DNA of 64,000 nucleotides from an uncultured Actinomycetes bacterium. Lineage in GTDB: Bacteria; Actinomycetota; Thermoleophilia; RBG-16-64-13. The stretch is from assembly GCA_963829545.1 (NCBI GenBank), contig CAWHIX010000007.1, positions 101,807 to 165,806 on the forward strand, read 5' to 3'. Below, one piece after another: positions 11,660 to 24,473 of this stretch. The notes under the pieces were generated by a model. That model was not told the DNA's origin and ran no database searches. It saw only the letters and a program-made list of their open reading frames with translations. A program made the translations under genes and the position numbers. Each line of letters begins with the position of its first letter. The first letter of the stretch is position 1.

Positions 11660-12901
11660 TCAGAACATCGTCGTGCAGTAGGGCGCTCTCGGGGTGGCGA
11701 ACAGGCTGTCGGCGTGCTCCACGGCCTCCGGATCGACGGGGTGCACCCTGGTTGCGGCCGCAAGCGTGGCGAAGGATACCCCACCGAGGAACGCGGCGCT
11801 CAACGCGGCGACGTCAAGCCGCAACTGCGGCGGGCGGTCGGTAGGGGCGCATCGCGCCGGTCCGCCGGGCTCGCCGACGGAAAGAAGAAGGCGGGACCTT
11901 CTGATGAGCGGAAAGCTCTCCTCTATTTCGAACACCAGGTCGCCGCGCGCGCCGTAGGCGCGCGCGGCCAGGGCCCGCGGCAGGTCGAGGAGCCGCAGCC
12001 AGAGGTAGTCGCCCAGGGCCTGCACCCGCACGGCCCGCGCGTCGCTGAGCAGCCAGCGCAGAGGCTCGTCCACCCGTGCGGTCTCGAACACGACCCCGCT
12101 GGTGAGGTCCAGGGTCAGCAGGTACTCCCACAGTCTGGCGTACGCCTCCGCGTTCGGCGCCATCATCTCCACCACCCGTACCTCGTTCGCCGCCAGCCAG
12201 CCCGTCCATTGCTCCTTGACACGGTAGCTGACGTACCCGTCGCAGTCGCCGTCGGCGGTGGCGTGGCTCACGTGCAGCATGGGTCCGGCGTCTTCGCGCT
12301 CGGCGTCGCGTAGATGCTCTTGCCACGCTTCCGCGGAGCGGCTCACCTCGCCGGGCTGCGTCCGGCGGATCCGGTCATAGATGAGCGGGAGCAGGTCGGC
12401 CGCCTGCGCGGCGCTCAGCAGATCCAGACGTCCCTCGCGGTTCACCGGCCGGCGGAAGGCGCCGTGTACGCGGTCGACGGAGAGCGTCTGGAAGCCTGTC
12501 GCCGCGCCAAAGCCGAAGCGCCCGTAGATGCTCCCCTCCGACGCTATCAGGACGGCCCCCGCTTCCCTCCGGCGAACCGCATCCTCGAGCTGGAACCTCA
12601 TCAGCCGGGTCAGGATCCCGCGCCGGCGATGGGTGGGGAGCACGGCCGCCCACGTCAATCCCGACACGGGGAGGGGCTGGCCGCCGGGAAGCGTCAACTC
12701 CAGTGTGAGGGCGGACATGACGCCCACCAGACGCCCCTCGTCAAAAGCACAGTAGGACCTTCCGAAGTCGAAGGCCTTCTTGAACGCAGGCACGTCCTCC
12801 GGCTGGTGTTGCTCGGCAAAAGCGATGGAGTCGAGCTCGACCGCTTCCGCGAATTCCTCTTCGCGCAGGGGGCGGAATTCCAAGTCTGTCATGCCCGTCA
12901 T
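11660..12901 (-). CDS. Eis-like GNAT acetyltransferase with C-terminal SCP2-like domain
   Basis: VLPTHRRRGILTRLM, ASEGSIYGRFGFG, LWLRLLD, C-terminal CTTMF. Confidence 0.85.
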   Translation of the reverse strand: MTGMTDLEFRPLREEEFAEAVELDSIAFAEQHQPEDVPAFKKAFDFGRSYCAFDEGRLVGVMSALTLELTLPGGQPLPVSGLTWAAVLPTHRRRGILTRLMRFQLEDAVRRREAGAVLIASEGSIYGRFGFGAATGFQTLSVDRVHGAFRRPVNREGRLDLLSAAQAADLLPLIYDRIRRTQPGEVSRSAEAWQEHLRDAEREDAGPMLHVSHATADGDCDGYVSYRVKEQWTGWLAANEVRVVEMMAPNAEAYARLWEYLLTLDLTSGVVFETARVDEPLRWLLSDARAVRVQALGDYLWLRLLDLPRALAARAYGARGDLVFEIEESFPLIRRSRLLLSVGEPGGPARCAPTDRPPQLRLDVAALSAAFLGGVSFATLAAATRVHPVDPEAVEHADSLFATPRAPYCTTMF

Positions 12902-12974
12902 GATGGCACACTTTATGCCCAGTTTACGCGGAGGTTGTCACCCGCCTCCCCGGCCTGTATCCTCCCCTGGGCGC

Positions 12975-12992
12975 TGAATGAACGTTCATTCA
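12975..12992. promoter_or_regulatory. Putative TetR operator (perfect 18-bp palindrome TGAATGAACGTTCATTCA)
   Basis: AT-rich perfect palindrome 40 nt upstream of the TetR start, between divergent genes. Confidence 0.7.
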
Positions 12993-13032
12993 CAGGAATT
13001 ACGCAGGCGTGGAGTCGAGCCCGGGAGAGAGA

Positions 13033-13737
13033 GTGACCAAGATCAGCGAGGAACAGGTGCGGTGCCGCAAGGGGGCCATCCTGGCCGCGGCGAAGCGCGT
13101 GTTCGCGCGCAAGGGCTGCGCCCAGGCCACCATGCATGATGTCGCCCACGAGGCCGGTCTGAGCGTGGGGGCCATCTACCTCTACTATCCCGGCAAAGAC
13201 GAGCTCATGCGCGCCGTCTTCGAGAACATCGGCGAAAGCACGCGGGGTCTCTTCAACAAGGCGGCCGAGGGGGCCACCACACCCGGCGAGATCCTGCGGG
13301 CCACGGGGCGTGTGCTCGAGGAGCGCTTCCAGGATCCTGCCACCCGCGACGAGACCGTCCTCGTGCTGGAGGCCATCCTGGCCGACGCCCGCGAGGCTCG
13401 GTCGACAGGGACCGGGAGGGAGAGTGGACCGGGGAGTGGGCGGCAGCTTCGCGGGGCGTATCTGCTCTTGACGGAGTGGCTGTTCGGGCGTGCACAAGAG
13501 ACGGGAGCGCTCGACCCGCGTATAGATACGGAAGCGCTGGCGCAGTTCTTCGTGTCTCTGATGGTGGGCATCCACGTGCTCAGCCTGGAGTTCGAAAGCG
13601 GTCTTGATGTCAAGCCGGTCTTGAAGGTGGTCGACGAGATGTTGCTGCGCCTGGGTCCCGGGGCCCCTGAGGACGGCGAAGAAGGCGGAGACGTGGCGCC
13701 CTGGGCGCTGGTCGCATCCGTGGAAGGTGATGGATGA
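13033..13737 (+). CDS. TetR/AcrR family regulator
   Basis: ILAAAKRVFARKG...TMHDVAHEAGLSVGAIYLYYPGKDEL helix-turn-helix; GTG start. Confidence 0.9.
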   Translation: MTKISEEQVRCRKGAILAAAKRVFARKGCAQATMHDVAHEAGLSVGAIYLYYPGKDELMRAVFENIGESTRGLFNKAAEGATTPGEILRATGRVLEERFQDPATRDETVLVLEAILADAREARSTGTGRESGPGSGRQLRGAYLLLTEWLFGRAQETGALDPRIDTEALAQFFVSLMVGIHVLSLEFESGLDVKPVLKVVDEMLLRLGPGAPEDGEEGGDVAPWALVASVEGDG

Positions 13738-15983
13738 AGCTTCGAGTGTCAACGGGTGGCATGGCTGCCATCAGCGCCCGCCATCCCTGGTGGGTGATCG
13801 GGATCTGGGTCCTCTTCCTGGTGCTGGCCGCCGTGGCGCTCCCTGGGCTGAAGGGGGCCCTGTCGGGGGACGAGATGAAGTTCCTCAGCAACCCCGACTC
13901 CGTGCAGGGCCAGACGTTGCTCAGCGAGCGTATGCCCGGTCTGTCGACGTCCTCGGGCGCCATGGAGACCATCCTCGTCCACTCTGACGAACTCACCGTT
14001 GACGACCCGGCCTTCCAGCAGGTGGTCACGCGGACGGCCGCCGCTGTGGCCGCCGAGAAGGAGCTGGTCGCACAGGCCTACGACTACTACCAGATCCTTC
14101 AGTTCCAGCCGGAGACGGCTGAGAGCCTGGTCTCGGCAGACAGGCACACCACGCTCATCCCGGTGAGCCTGGCCGGTTCGGCCGCCGACACCGGCGACGG
14201 CATCGAGGAGTACATCTCGCTGGTGGAAGCGCAAAGCACTCCGGGCTTCGTCGTCACTACGGTCGGTGGTACCAGCATCCAGAACGAGTTCACCACCACG
14301 GCCGAGGAAGACCTCACCAGGGCCGAGATGATCGGCCTTCCCATAACCCTGCTGGTGCTGGTGGTCGTCTTCGGCGCCCTCACGGCTGCAGGGGTCTCGA
14401 TGATCCTGGCCCTGGTGGCCATCTTCGTCAGCATCGGGGTCATCTCCGTCGTGGGGATCTTCGTGCCCCAGTCTTTCTTCATCGTCAACGTGATCATGAT
14501 GATCGGCCTGGCCGTCGGCATCGACTACGCGCTGTTCATAATCGAGCGCTACCGGGAGGAGAGGCGCCAGGGGCTCAACCGCTTCGACGCCATCGTGGCG
14601 ACGGGGGAGACCGCCAGCCGGGCGGTGCTTTTCTCGGGCGGCACCGTGATGCTGGCCCTACTCGGCTTGTTCATCGTACCCATCACCACGTTCCGTAGCC
14701 TGGGCGCGGGGGCACTGCTGGTGGTCGGCATCGCCGTACTGGCCATGCTCACCCTGGTGCCCGCCCTTCTCAGCCTCCTCGGCGACCGTGTCAACTGGCC
14801 GCTCGCCCGGCGCCACAAGCGTGGTCACACCGGCGAACGTGTGCACAGCGGCCTTACCGTGTACAAGGGCTTCTGGGGCGGCGTCACCAAGCGCATCATG
14901 GCCCGTCCCATCGTGGGGGTGGTGCTCACGGTGGTGATCCTCCTGGCCATCACCGCCCCGGCCTTCATGCTCGAGACCGGTGCGGCCGGGCAGCCGGAGA
15001 CCCTTCCCCCCGGCGAGCGTCAGGACGCGTATCAGTTGCTGGTGGACAACTTCCCCGCAGGGATGCTCTCCCCCGTGGAGATCGTCGTCGACGCGCCACG
15101 AAGCGCGGAGATAGACGGAGCCATCGAACGGCTCAGTGCGGCCATGGAGGCCTCAGGGGATTTCGCAGCCGGATCGACGCTCACCTGGAACGCCGTCGGC
15201 GACCTGGCGCTCATCAGCGCCCCCTTGGCGGCGGGCACCGATTCCGAGAGCGGCTACGAAGCTGTGCGCGAGCTGCGCAGCGACCTCATCCCGGCCGCCT
15301 TCGCCAATCTCGACACCACCGTGCACGTCACCGGGCAGACGGCCCTCGACGGCGACTCCGTACATCTCGTCAATACCCTCACGCCCGCCGTGATCGCCTT
15401 CGTCCTGGGCCTGACCTTCATCCTGCTGATGCTGGTCTTCCGCTCCCTCGTGGTCCCCATCACGGCAATCGTGATGAACCTGCTGTCGGTCGGGGCAGCC
15501 TACGGGATGCTGGTGCTGGTCTTCCAGATGGGGATAGGGCATCAGCTGTTCGGGTTCCAGCAGGCGCCCATCGAGTCCTGGGTGCCCCTGTTCCTCTTCT
15601 GCATCCTTTTCGGCCTGAGTATGGACTACCACGTGTTCCTGCTCAGCCGCATCCGGGAGCACTTCGATCGCACCGACAAGAGCCGGGAAGCGGTGGCCGT
15701 TGGGCTGAAGGCGACCAGCCGCATCATCACCGGTGCCGCGTTGATCATGGTGGTGGTCTTCGCGACCTTCGCGGCCGGCGATCTGGCCATGCTCCAGCAG
15801 GTGGGTTTCGGCCTGGCCGTGGCCGTCCTTCTCGACGCGACGCTCATCCGCTCGGTCCTGGTACCGGCGACGATGGCGCTACTCGGGCGCATCAGCTGGT
15901 ACCTACCCCGCGTGCTCCGCCGCGCCCTCCCCCGCATCAGGCTCGAGGGAGGTCCCACCAAGCCCGTGCGGCCGCCCGTTTGA
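13734..15983 (+). CDS. MMPL/RND family transporter
   Basis: Two hydrophobic repeats with GLAVGIDYALF and GLSMDYHVF; ATGA overlap with TetR. Confidence 0.92.
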   Translation: MKLRVSTGGMAAISARHPWWVIGIWVLFLVLAAVALPGLKGALSGDEMKFLSNPDSVQGQTLLSERMPGLSTSSGAMETILVHSDELTVDDPAFQQVVTRTAAAVAAEKELVAQAYDYYQILQFQPETAESLVSADRHTTLIPVSLAGSAADTGDGIEEYISLVEAQSTPGFVVTTVGGTSIQNEFTTTAEEDLTRAEMIGLPITLLVLVVVFGALTAAGVSMILALVAIFVSIGVISVVGIFVPQSFFIVNVIMMIGLAVGIDYALFIIERYREERRQGLNRFDAIVATGETASRAVLFSGGTVMLALLGLFIVPITTFRSLGAGALLVVGIAVLAMLTLVPALLSLLGDRVNWPLARRHKRGHTGERVHSGLTVYKGFWGGVTKRIMARPIVGVVLTVVILLAITAPAFMLETGAAGQPETLPPGERQDAYQLLVDNFPAGMLSPVEIVVDAPRSAEIDGAIERLSAAMEASGDFAAGSTLTWNAVGDLALISAPLAAGTDSESGYEAVRELRSDLIPAAFANLDTTVHVTGQTALDGDSVHLVNTLTPAVIAFVLGLTFILLMLVFRSLVVPITAIVMNLLSVGAAYGMLVLVFQMGIGHQLFGFQQAPIESWVPLFLFCILFGLSMDYHVFLLSRIREHFDRTDKSREAVAVGLKATSRIITGAALIMVVVFATFAAGDLAMLQQVGFGLAVAVLLDATLIRSVLVPATMALLGRISWYLPRVLRRALPRIRLEGGPTKPVRPPV

Positions 15984-16010
15984 CGCTCCGGCCGCCCGTT
16001 TGACGCTCCG
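15971..16010 (+). repeat. 20-bp tandem duplication GCCGCCCGTTTGACGCTCCG x2 spanning the MMPL stop
   Basis: Read directly from sequence. Confidence 0.85.
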
Positions 16011-16095
16011 GCTGGCCCGCCTGGCGTTCAGGCCGCGTGCCATCCGAGCCCATCGGGTGGTTTAGTATCCGTCGATTCTCTCGATATGAGACTGA

Positions 16096-19879
<3,784 letters not shown>

Positions 19880-19936
19880 CAGCCCGGCGATGCGCACCGG
19901 TCCAGGCGGCGCGGCACAACCCCACAAAGACATGGT

Positions 19937-20008
19937 CAGTCGGGGGTAGGGGGCCTCTCGGAAGAATCGTGACCTCGCAGCTGGAGAGAGGCCCGCTACC
20001 CCCGACTG
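19937..20008 (-). repeat. Conserved-loop palindrome, copy 3 (inverted)
   Basis: 23-bp arms CAGTCGGGGGTAGGGGGCCTCTC / GAGAGGCCCGCTACCCCCGACTG (1 mismatch); loop 19960-19985 reverse-complements to TCCAGCTGCGAGGTCACGATTCTTCC. Confidence 0.9.
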
Positions 20009-20024
20009 CTATACTTACCGCCTT

Positions 20025-20108
20025 GCTAGGGGAGCGTTCAGCTGAGAGTGTGGTCTAGGCCACAGACCCTGCGAACCTGATCTGGGTAATGCCAGCGAAG
20101 GGAAGTAA
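20025..20108 (+). ncRNA. TPP riboswitch
   Basis: GGGG..GCTGAGA...ACCC..GAACCTGATCTGGGTAATGCCAGCGAAGGGAAG; upstream of thiamine genes; TATACT -10 at 20010-20015. Confidence 0.95.
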
Positions 20109-20201
20109 CGGTTTCAACTGCATCCTCGACGAGTCCGCCCGAGTGATCACTCGACTCCGGCTCGTGCGCTCCCAGCTCCCAACCTGATCGGAGGGACACG
20201 G

Positions 20202-20840
20202 GTGCGCGCTGTGCTGGTCGCGGGATCGGATCTGAGGGGAGCACTTGATGTCTCTCTGCTGGCGACGGCCGATCTCCTGGTGGCCGTCGACGGAGGTGCC
20301 GACGCCCTGGCGGCCGTCGGCACCGTACCTCACCTCCTGGTAGGCGACCTCGACTCCATCTCGCTTGGCGCTCGCGCCCGTCTGGAGGCCCAGGGCGTGG
20401 AGGTGCTCGTCCTCCCCGTGGCCAAAGACGTCACCGACACCGAGGCTGCCCTCCGCCTGGCCGTGGAACGAGGCGCCGACGATATCGTCGTGTTCGGCGC
20501 CTTGGGAGGACCCCGTCTGGACCATCTAGTAGGCAACCTGCTCCTCCTGGCGTCGGACTGGCTGGCCGGACACCCCGTTCGCCTCATCGACGAGCGGCAC
20601 GAAGCGTTTCTGGCTGGCGGTGACGCTGGACTCACGGGACAGCGCGGGGATACCGTCTCCTTGTTGCCCCTCACCGACGAGGTCGCCGACGTGCGCACCG
20701 AGGGCCTTCTCTATCCCCTGGAGGGCGAGACTCTCTACCGATCAGCTACCAGGGGCCTCAGCAACGCCATGACCGGGAGCGAGGCCCGGGTGACACACGG
20801 CAAGGGCCAACTCCTTGTTATCCACTACCGAGGAAGGTGA
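20202..20840 (+). CDS. thiN: Thiamine pyrophosphokinase
   Basis: VAVDGGAD, GDLDSI, KDVTDTEAAL, GALGGPRLDH, GLLYPL, GLSN. Confidence 0.9.
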   Translation: MRAVLVAGSDLRGALDVSLLATADLLVAVDGGADALAAVGTVPHLLVGDLDSISLGARARLEAQGVEVLVLPVAKDVTDTEAALRLAVERGADDIVVFGALGGPRLDHLVGNLLLLASDWLAGHPVRLIDERHEAFLAGGDAGLTGQRGDTVSLLPLTDEVADVRTEGLLYPLEGETLYRSATRGLSNAMTGSEARVTHGKGQLLVIHYRGR

Positions 20841-20846
20841 CCTCTC

Positions 20847-21182
20847 ATGTCCACTGAAAGACACGGATATATGAGCGCCGAGATAGTCGGCTGCCAGTTC
20901 TCTATCTACCCACTGCGCCAGGCGGATATCGACGCTCCTGTGCAGGGCGCCATCAAAGCGGCTGCGGCCGAGGGCTGTGCTGCGCGCGTAGGGAACCTGA
21001 GCACCCTGCTCTCGGGAAGCGAGGAAGAGGTCTTCCGGGGGCTCAGGGCGGCCTTTGCGGCCGCCCGGGAGTGGGGACCGGCCGTCATGACGGCCACCTT
21101 CGCCGCCGGGATGCCCACTGACGAGCTGGTGGCCGACATCCAGACCGACGTAGACGAGGAACGCTCCGGAAGGGGTCGCTAG
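20847..21182 (+). CDS. ykoF: YkoF-like thiamine/HMP-binding protein
   Basis: CQFSIYPL...T.L.GSEEEVF..L pattern; operon context. ATG 20871 is an alternative start. Confidence 0.75.
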   Translation: MSTERHGYMSAEIVGCQFSIYPLRQADIDAPVQGAIKAAAAEGCAARVGNLSTLLSGSEEEVFRGLRAAFAAAREWGPAVMTATFAAGMPTDELVADIQTDVDEERSGRGR

Positions 21183-21183
21183 G

Positions 21184-21765
21184 ATGTCGTTCAAGGATTG
21201 GACCACGCGGGAACTGGTCGTGGGGGCGGTGCTGGCCGTGGCTGTCGGCGTCCTCTTCTGGGCCTGGGGATTGTTGTGGTCGAGCGTCTTTCAGGTGATA
21301 CCGTTCCCGTTCTCGTACGCCCTGGTGGGTGTGTGGATGGTAGGGGGGTTGCTGGTGCCTTACGTCATCAGGCGTCCGGGCGCAGCCTTGTTGGGCGAGT
21401 TGGTGGCCGCCTTCGTCAGCATGGCCATGGGCAACCAGTGGGGCATCCTCACCCTGGCCAGTGGTCTCGTGCAGGGCGCCGGGGCCGAGGCGGTGTTCGC
21501 GGCCGGCCGGTGGAAGCGCTTCGACGGCGTGTGGCTGTATGGGGCAGCGGCGCTGGCCGGGGTGTTCAGCATCCTCCTCGACACCTTCGTCTACAGCTAC
21601 TACGCCACCTACACCTGGGGTAGCATCCTCGTAGCCGGGATCCTGACCGTTCTCAGCTCCCTGGTGCTGGGCGGGGGTCTTTCACAGGCTCTGGGCCAGG
21701 CCCTCCTGCGAACGGGCGTCCTCTCGGGGCTGGGAGTCGCGCAAAAGCAGCCACGGAGGATCTGA
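21184..21765 (+). CDS. ykoE: ECF transporter S component (YkoE-like)
   Basis: WTTRELVV.AVLAV, IRRPGAALLGE..AA.V, GLVQG.GAE.VF. Confidence 0.85.
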   Translation: MSFKDWTTRELVVGAVLAVAVGVLFWAWGLLWSSVFQVIPFPFSYALVGVWMVGGLLVPYVIRRPGAALLGELVAAFVSMAMGNQWGILTLASGLVQGAGAEAVFAAGRWKRFDGVWLYGAAALAGVFSILLDTFVYSYYATYTWGSILVAGILTVLSSLVLGGGLSQALGQALLRTGVLSGLGVAQKQPRRI

Positions 21766-23588
21766 TCACGGCAACGCCTTCGCCTGCCGTACTGGCTGCC
21801 GGGCTTTCCTTCACCTATGCGACGCGGAAAGACCCGGCGCTCGTCGACCTGAACTTCTCGTTCCGGCCGGGGGAGACCGTGCTGGTACTCGGTCCCAGTG
21901 GCTCGGGCAAGAGCACCCTCACGCTGTGCCTGGATGGACTCATCCCTCATCTCGTCGAGGGCGACTACGCAGGCGAGGTCGTGGTGGCGGGGCTGGTGGT
22001 AGGGGACACCCCGGTGCATCTGCTGGCCCAGGAGACCGGCCTGGTCTTTCAGGATCCCGACTCCCAGTTCTGCACGCTCACCGTTGAGGATGAGATCGCC
22101 TTCGGCCTGGAGAACCTTCGCCGGCCTCCGCTCGAGATGGAGACGGCCATCGACGCTGCGCTGGAAGCCGTTGGTCTGGCCGGCTTCAGGCAGCGGCTCC
22201 TGGGCTCCCTGTCGGGGGGCGAAAAGCAGAGGGTCGCCATCGCTTCGGTGCTGGCCATGGGCCCGCGGGTGCTGGTGCTCGACGAGCCCTCCGCCAATCT
22301 CGATCCCCACGCCACCGTGGAACTCTTCGCTCTGCTGCGCCGGCTGGCCGCCGACCGGCGACACACTCTCGTCATCATCGAGCACAAGCTCGATCAGATC
22401 ATCGAATGGATAGACACGGTCTTGGTGCTCGCGCCGGGAGGCAGACTCCTCTATGAGGGCGACCCTCGCCCGGCCTTCTACGAGCGGGCACGTGATCTGG
22501 AAGCCGTGGGCGTGTGGCGGCCGCAGACCTCGGAACTGGTGCAGGCCTTGCGCATCGCCGGCTGGGAGGTGGCCGGGAGCCCCCTGGGCGTGCGGGAGAC
22601 GGCCACTGCGCTGGCGGCCACTCCGGGGCTGCTCGCCCGCCTGCGGACGGGGCAGCCCGCGCGTCTGGCGCCCGAGCGCGGCGCGCGAAGCGGCCCTCCC
22701 CTGCTGAGGGTCGAGCACCTCAGCTACCGCTATCCCGACGGTCACCCGGCGCTGACCGACGTATCGCTGTCCATCGAGCAGGACGACTTCCTGGCCATCG
22801 TGGGCGAGAACGGAGCCGGCAAGACCACGTTGGCTTCGCTTCTGAGCGGCGTCGTGGTTGCTCCTCCTCGGTCTGTGTTCCTGGAGGGGGAGGACGTGGC
22901 CGGCATGCCCGGCTGGGCCGTAAGCGACCGGGTGGGATACGTATTCCAGAATCCCGAGCACCAGTTCGTGACCGACTCAGTGTTCGACGAGCTGGCTTTC
23001 AGCGTCTCCCCCGAGGGCGGCCGACGTAGGGCGGAGCGCCTGAGCGCAGCTCAGCGCGCTCTCGTGGAGGGCTGGCTGGAGCGACTGGGTCTTCTGCCGC
23101 TGGCGGAAGCCAACCCCTTCTCCCTCAGCCAGGGCCAGAAGCGTCGCCTGAGCGTGGCCGCGATGCTCATCCGTGGCCAGTCGGCGCTCATCCTCGACGA
23201 GCCCACTCTCGGCCAAGACGAGTTGCAGTCCGACCGTCTGATGGCCATGATGCATGAACTGCGCTCGGAGGGGCGAGCTATCGCCATGGTGACCCACGAC
23301 ATGCGTCTGGTGACCGAGCACGCCGACCGGCTGCTGGTTCTGAGCAAGGGTCGGTTGGTCTTCCAGGGGTCGCCGAGCGAGTTCTTCGCCCGACCCGACG
23401 AGGTCGAGGCTGCCGGGCTGGAGATGCCCTCACCCGGCAAGGTCAGCGCCGTGCTGACCGAAGAGGAAGGCATCGCCAACGGCCTGCATACCATCGCGGC
23501 CTTTGTAGCGGCGGCCGGCCCAGGGCCTTCCCTGCGGTCCGGCCCCCGCACCGACGAAGCCGCCAGCCAGGGTCGGGCCGAGGTATGA
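21762..23588 (+). CDS. ykoD: ECF transporter double ATPase (YkoD-like); start uncertain
   Basis: Two Walker A (GPSGSGKST, GENGAGKTT), FQDPDSQ/FQNPEHQ; homology extends upstream of GTG 21879 to an in-frame CTG at 21762. Confidence 0.85.
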   Translation: MITATPSPAVLAAGLSFTYATRKDPALVDLNFSFRPGETVLVLGPSGSGKSTLTLCLDGLIPHLVEGDYAGEVVVAGLVVGDTPVHLLAQETGLVFQDPDSQFCTLTVEDEIAFGLENLRRPPLEMETAIDAALEAVGLAGFRQRLLGSLSGGEKQRVAIASVLAMGPRVLVLDEPSANLDPHATVELFALLRRLAADRRHTLVIIEHKLDQIIEWIDTVLVLAPGGRLLYEGDPRPAFYERARDLEAVGVWRPQTSELVQALRIAGWEVAGSPLGVRETATALAATPGLLARLRTGQPARLAPERGARSGPPLLRVEHLSYRYPDGHPALTDVSLSIEQDDFLAIVGENGAGKTTLASLLSGVVVAPPRSVFLEGEDVAGMPGWAVSDRVGYVFQNPEHQFVTDSVFDELAFSVSPEGGRRRAERLSAAQRALVEGWLERLGLLPLAEANPFSLSQGQKRRLSVAAMLIRGQSALILDEPTLGQDELQSDRLMAMMHELRSEGRAIAMVTHDMRLVTEHADRLLVLSKGRLVFQGSPSEFFARPDEVEAAGLEMPSPGKVSAVLTEEEGIANGLHTIAAFVAAAGPGPSLRSGPRTDEAASQGRAEV

Positions 23589-24466
23589 CCACCGCGTTGC
23601 CAGACGCCGCTCGGCCGACGGTCTCCGCGCAGGATGCCGCCCGACCGCCGGTCGCTCCCGCCGCTCCGTCAGCCGCCGCCCGAGGCGACAGCTGGCTGGA
23701 GCGCCGCAACCCGGTCATCAAGCTGCTGGCCGTCGTCCTCGTCGCCCTCACGCTCACCTTTGTCTTCGATCCGGTGACCCCGGCCGTCATCTTCGTCATC
23801 ACCCTGCTGGCCGGGCGTCTGTTCGGACGCCTCTCCTTCGGCAGCCAGTTGAGGCCCCTTGCCATCTTCCTCGTGGCCGGGGTGGCCATCCTCTTGGCCA
23901 ACATCCTCTTCAACAAGGAGAACGCCACCGCTGCGGCGCTCTTCTATCTGGGGCCTGTCAAGGTGACCGTCCCCGCGCTGTGGGCGGCCGCCACCCTATG
24001 GCTGAGGCTGCTCTGCTTCGCGCTCCTCTCGCTGGTGTTCGTCAAGACCACCCCGCCCCAGCGTCTCCTTCTCAGTCTCGTCCACCAACTCCATCTCAAC
24101 TACCGGGTCGCCTACGGGACCATGGTGGGATATCGGATGCTGCCCATCTTCCAGCAGGACTACCGCACCATCAGGGCCGCTCAGCGTGTTCGCGGCGTGA
24201 GGGAGCGGCGGGGTTGGACGCGGGGCTGGTCGCGGCTCCGCCGCTCGGCCATCCCCCTGCTGGCGGGGGCCGTGCGCAAGGCGGGGCGGGTGGCTGTGGC
24301 CATGGATGCGCGGGCTTTCGGCGCCTTTCCCGAGCGCAGCTATCGCGAGCGCATCGTGGTGAGACCGACCGACTGGCTCATGCTGGCCGCGGTGGTGGTG
24401 GTGACGGCCGCGGTGGTGGTGGGTCTGTGGTGGGCCGGGGTGGCCCGTTTCGCCATCGTCGCCTAG
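23585..24466 (+). CDS. ykoC: ECF transporter T component (YkoC-like)
   Basis: NPVIKL, IRAAQRVRG, AMDARAF. Confidence 0.85.
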   Translation: MTTALPDAARPTVSAQDAARPPVAPAAPSAAARGDSWLERRNPVIKLLAVVLVALTLTFVFDPVTPAVIFVITLLAGRLFGRLSFGSQLRPLAIFLVAGVAILLANILFNKENATAAALFYLGPVKVTVPALWAAATLWLRLLCFALLSLVFVKTTPPQRLLLSLVHQLHLNYRVAYGTMVGYRMLPIFQQDYRTIRAAQRVRGVRERRGWTRGWSRLRRSAIPLLAGAVRKAGRVAVAMDARAFGAFPERSYRERIVVRPTDWLMLAAVVVVTAAVVVGLWWAGVARFAIVA

Positions 24467-24473
24467 GCGGCTG

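Noticed and set aside
15971-16010. 20-bp tandem duplication at the MMPL stop as a mobile-element scar
   Set aside because: No element nearby; most simply a slippage duplication or read artefact.
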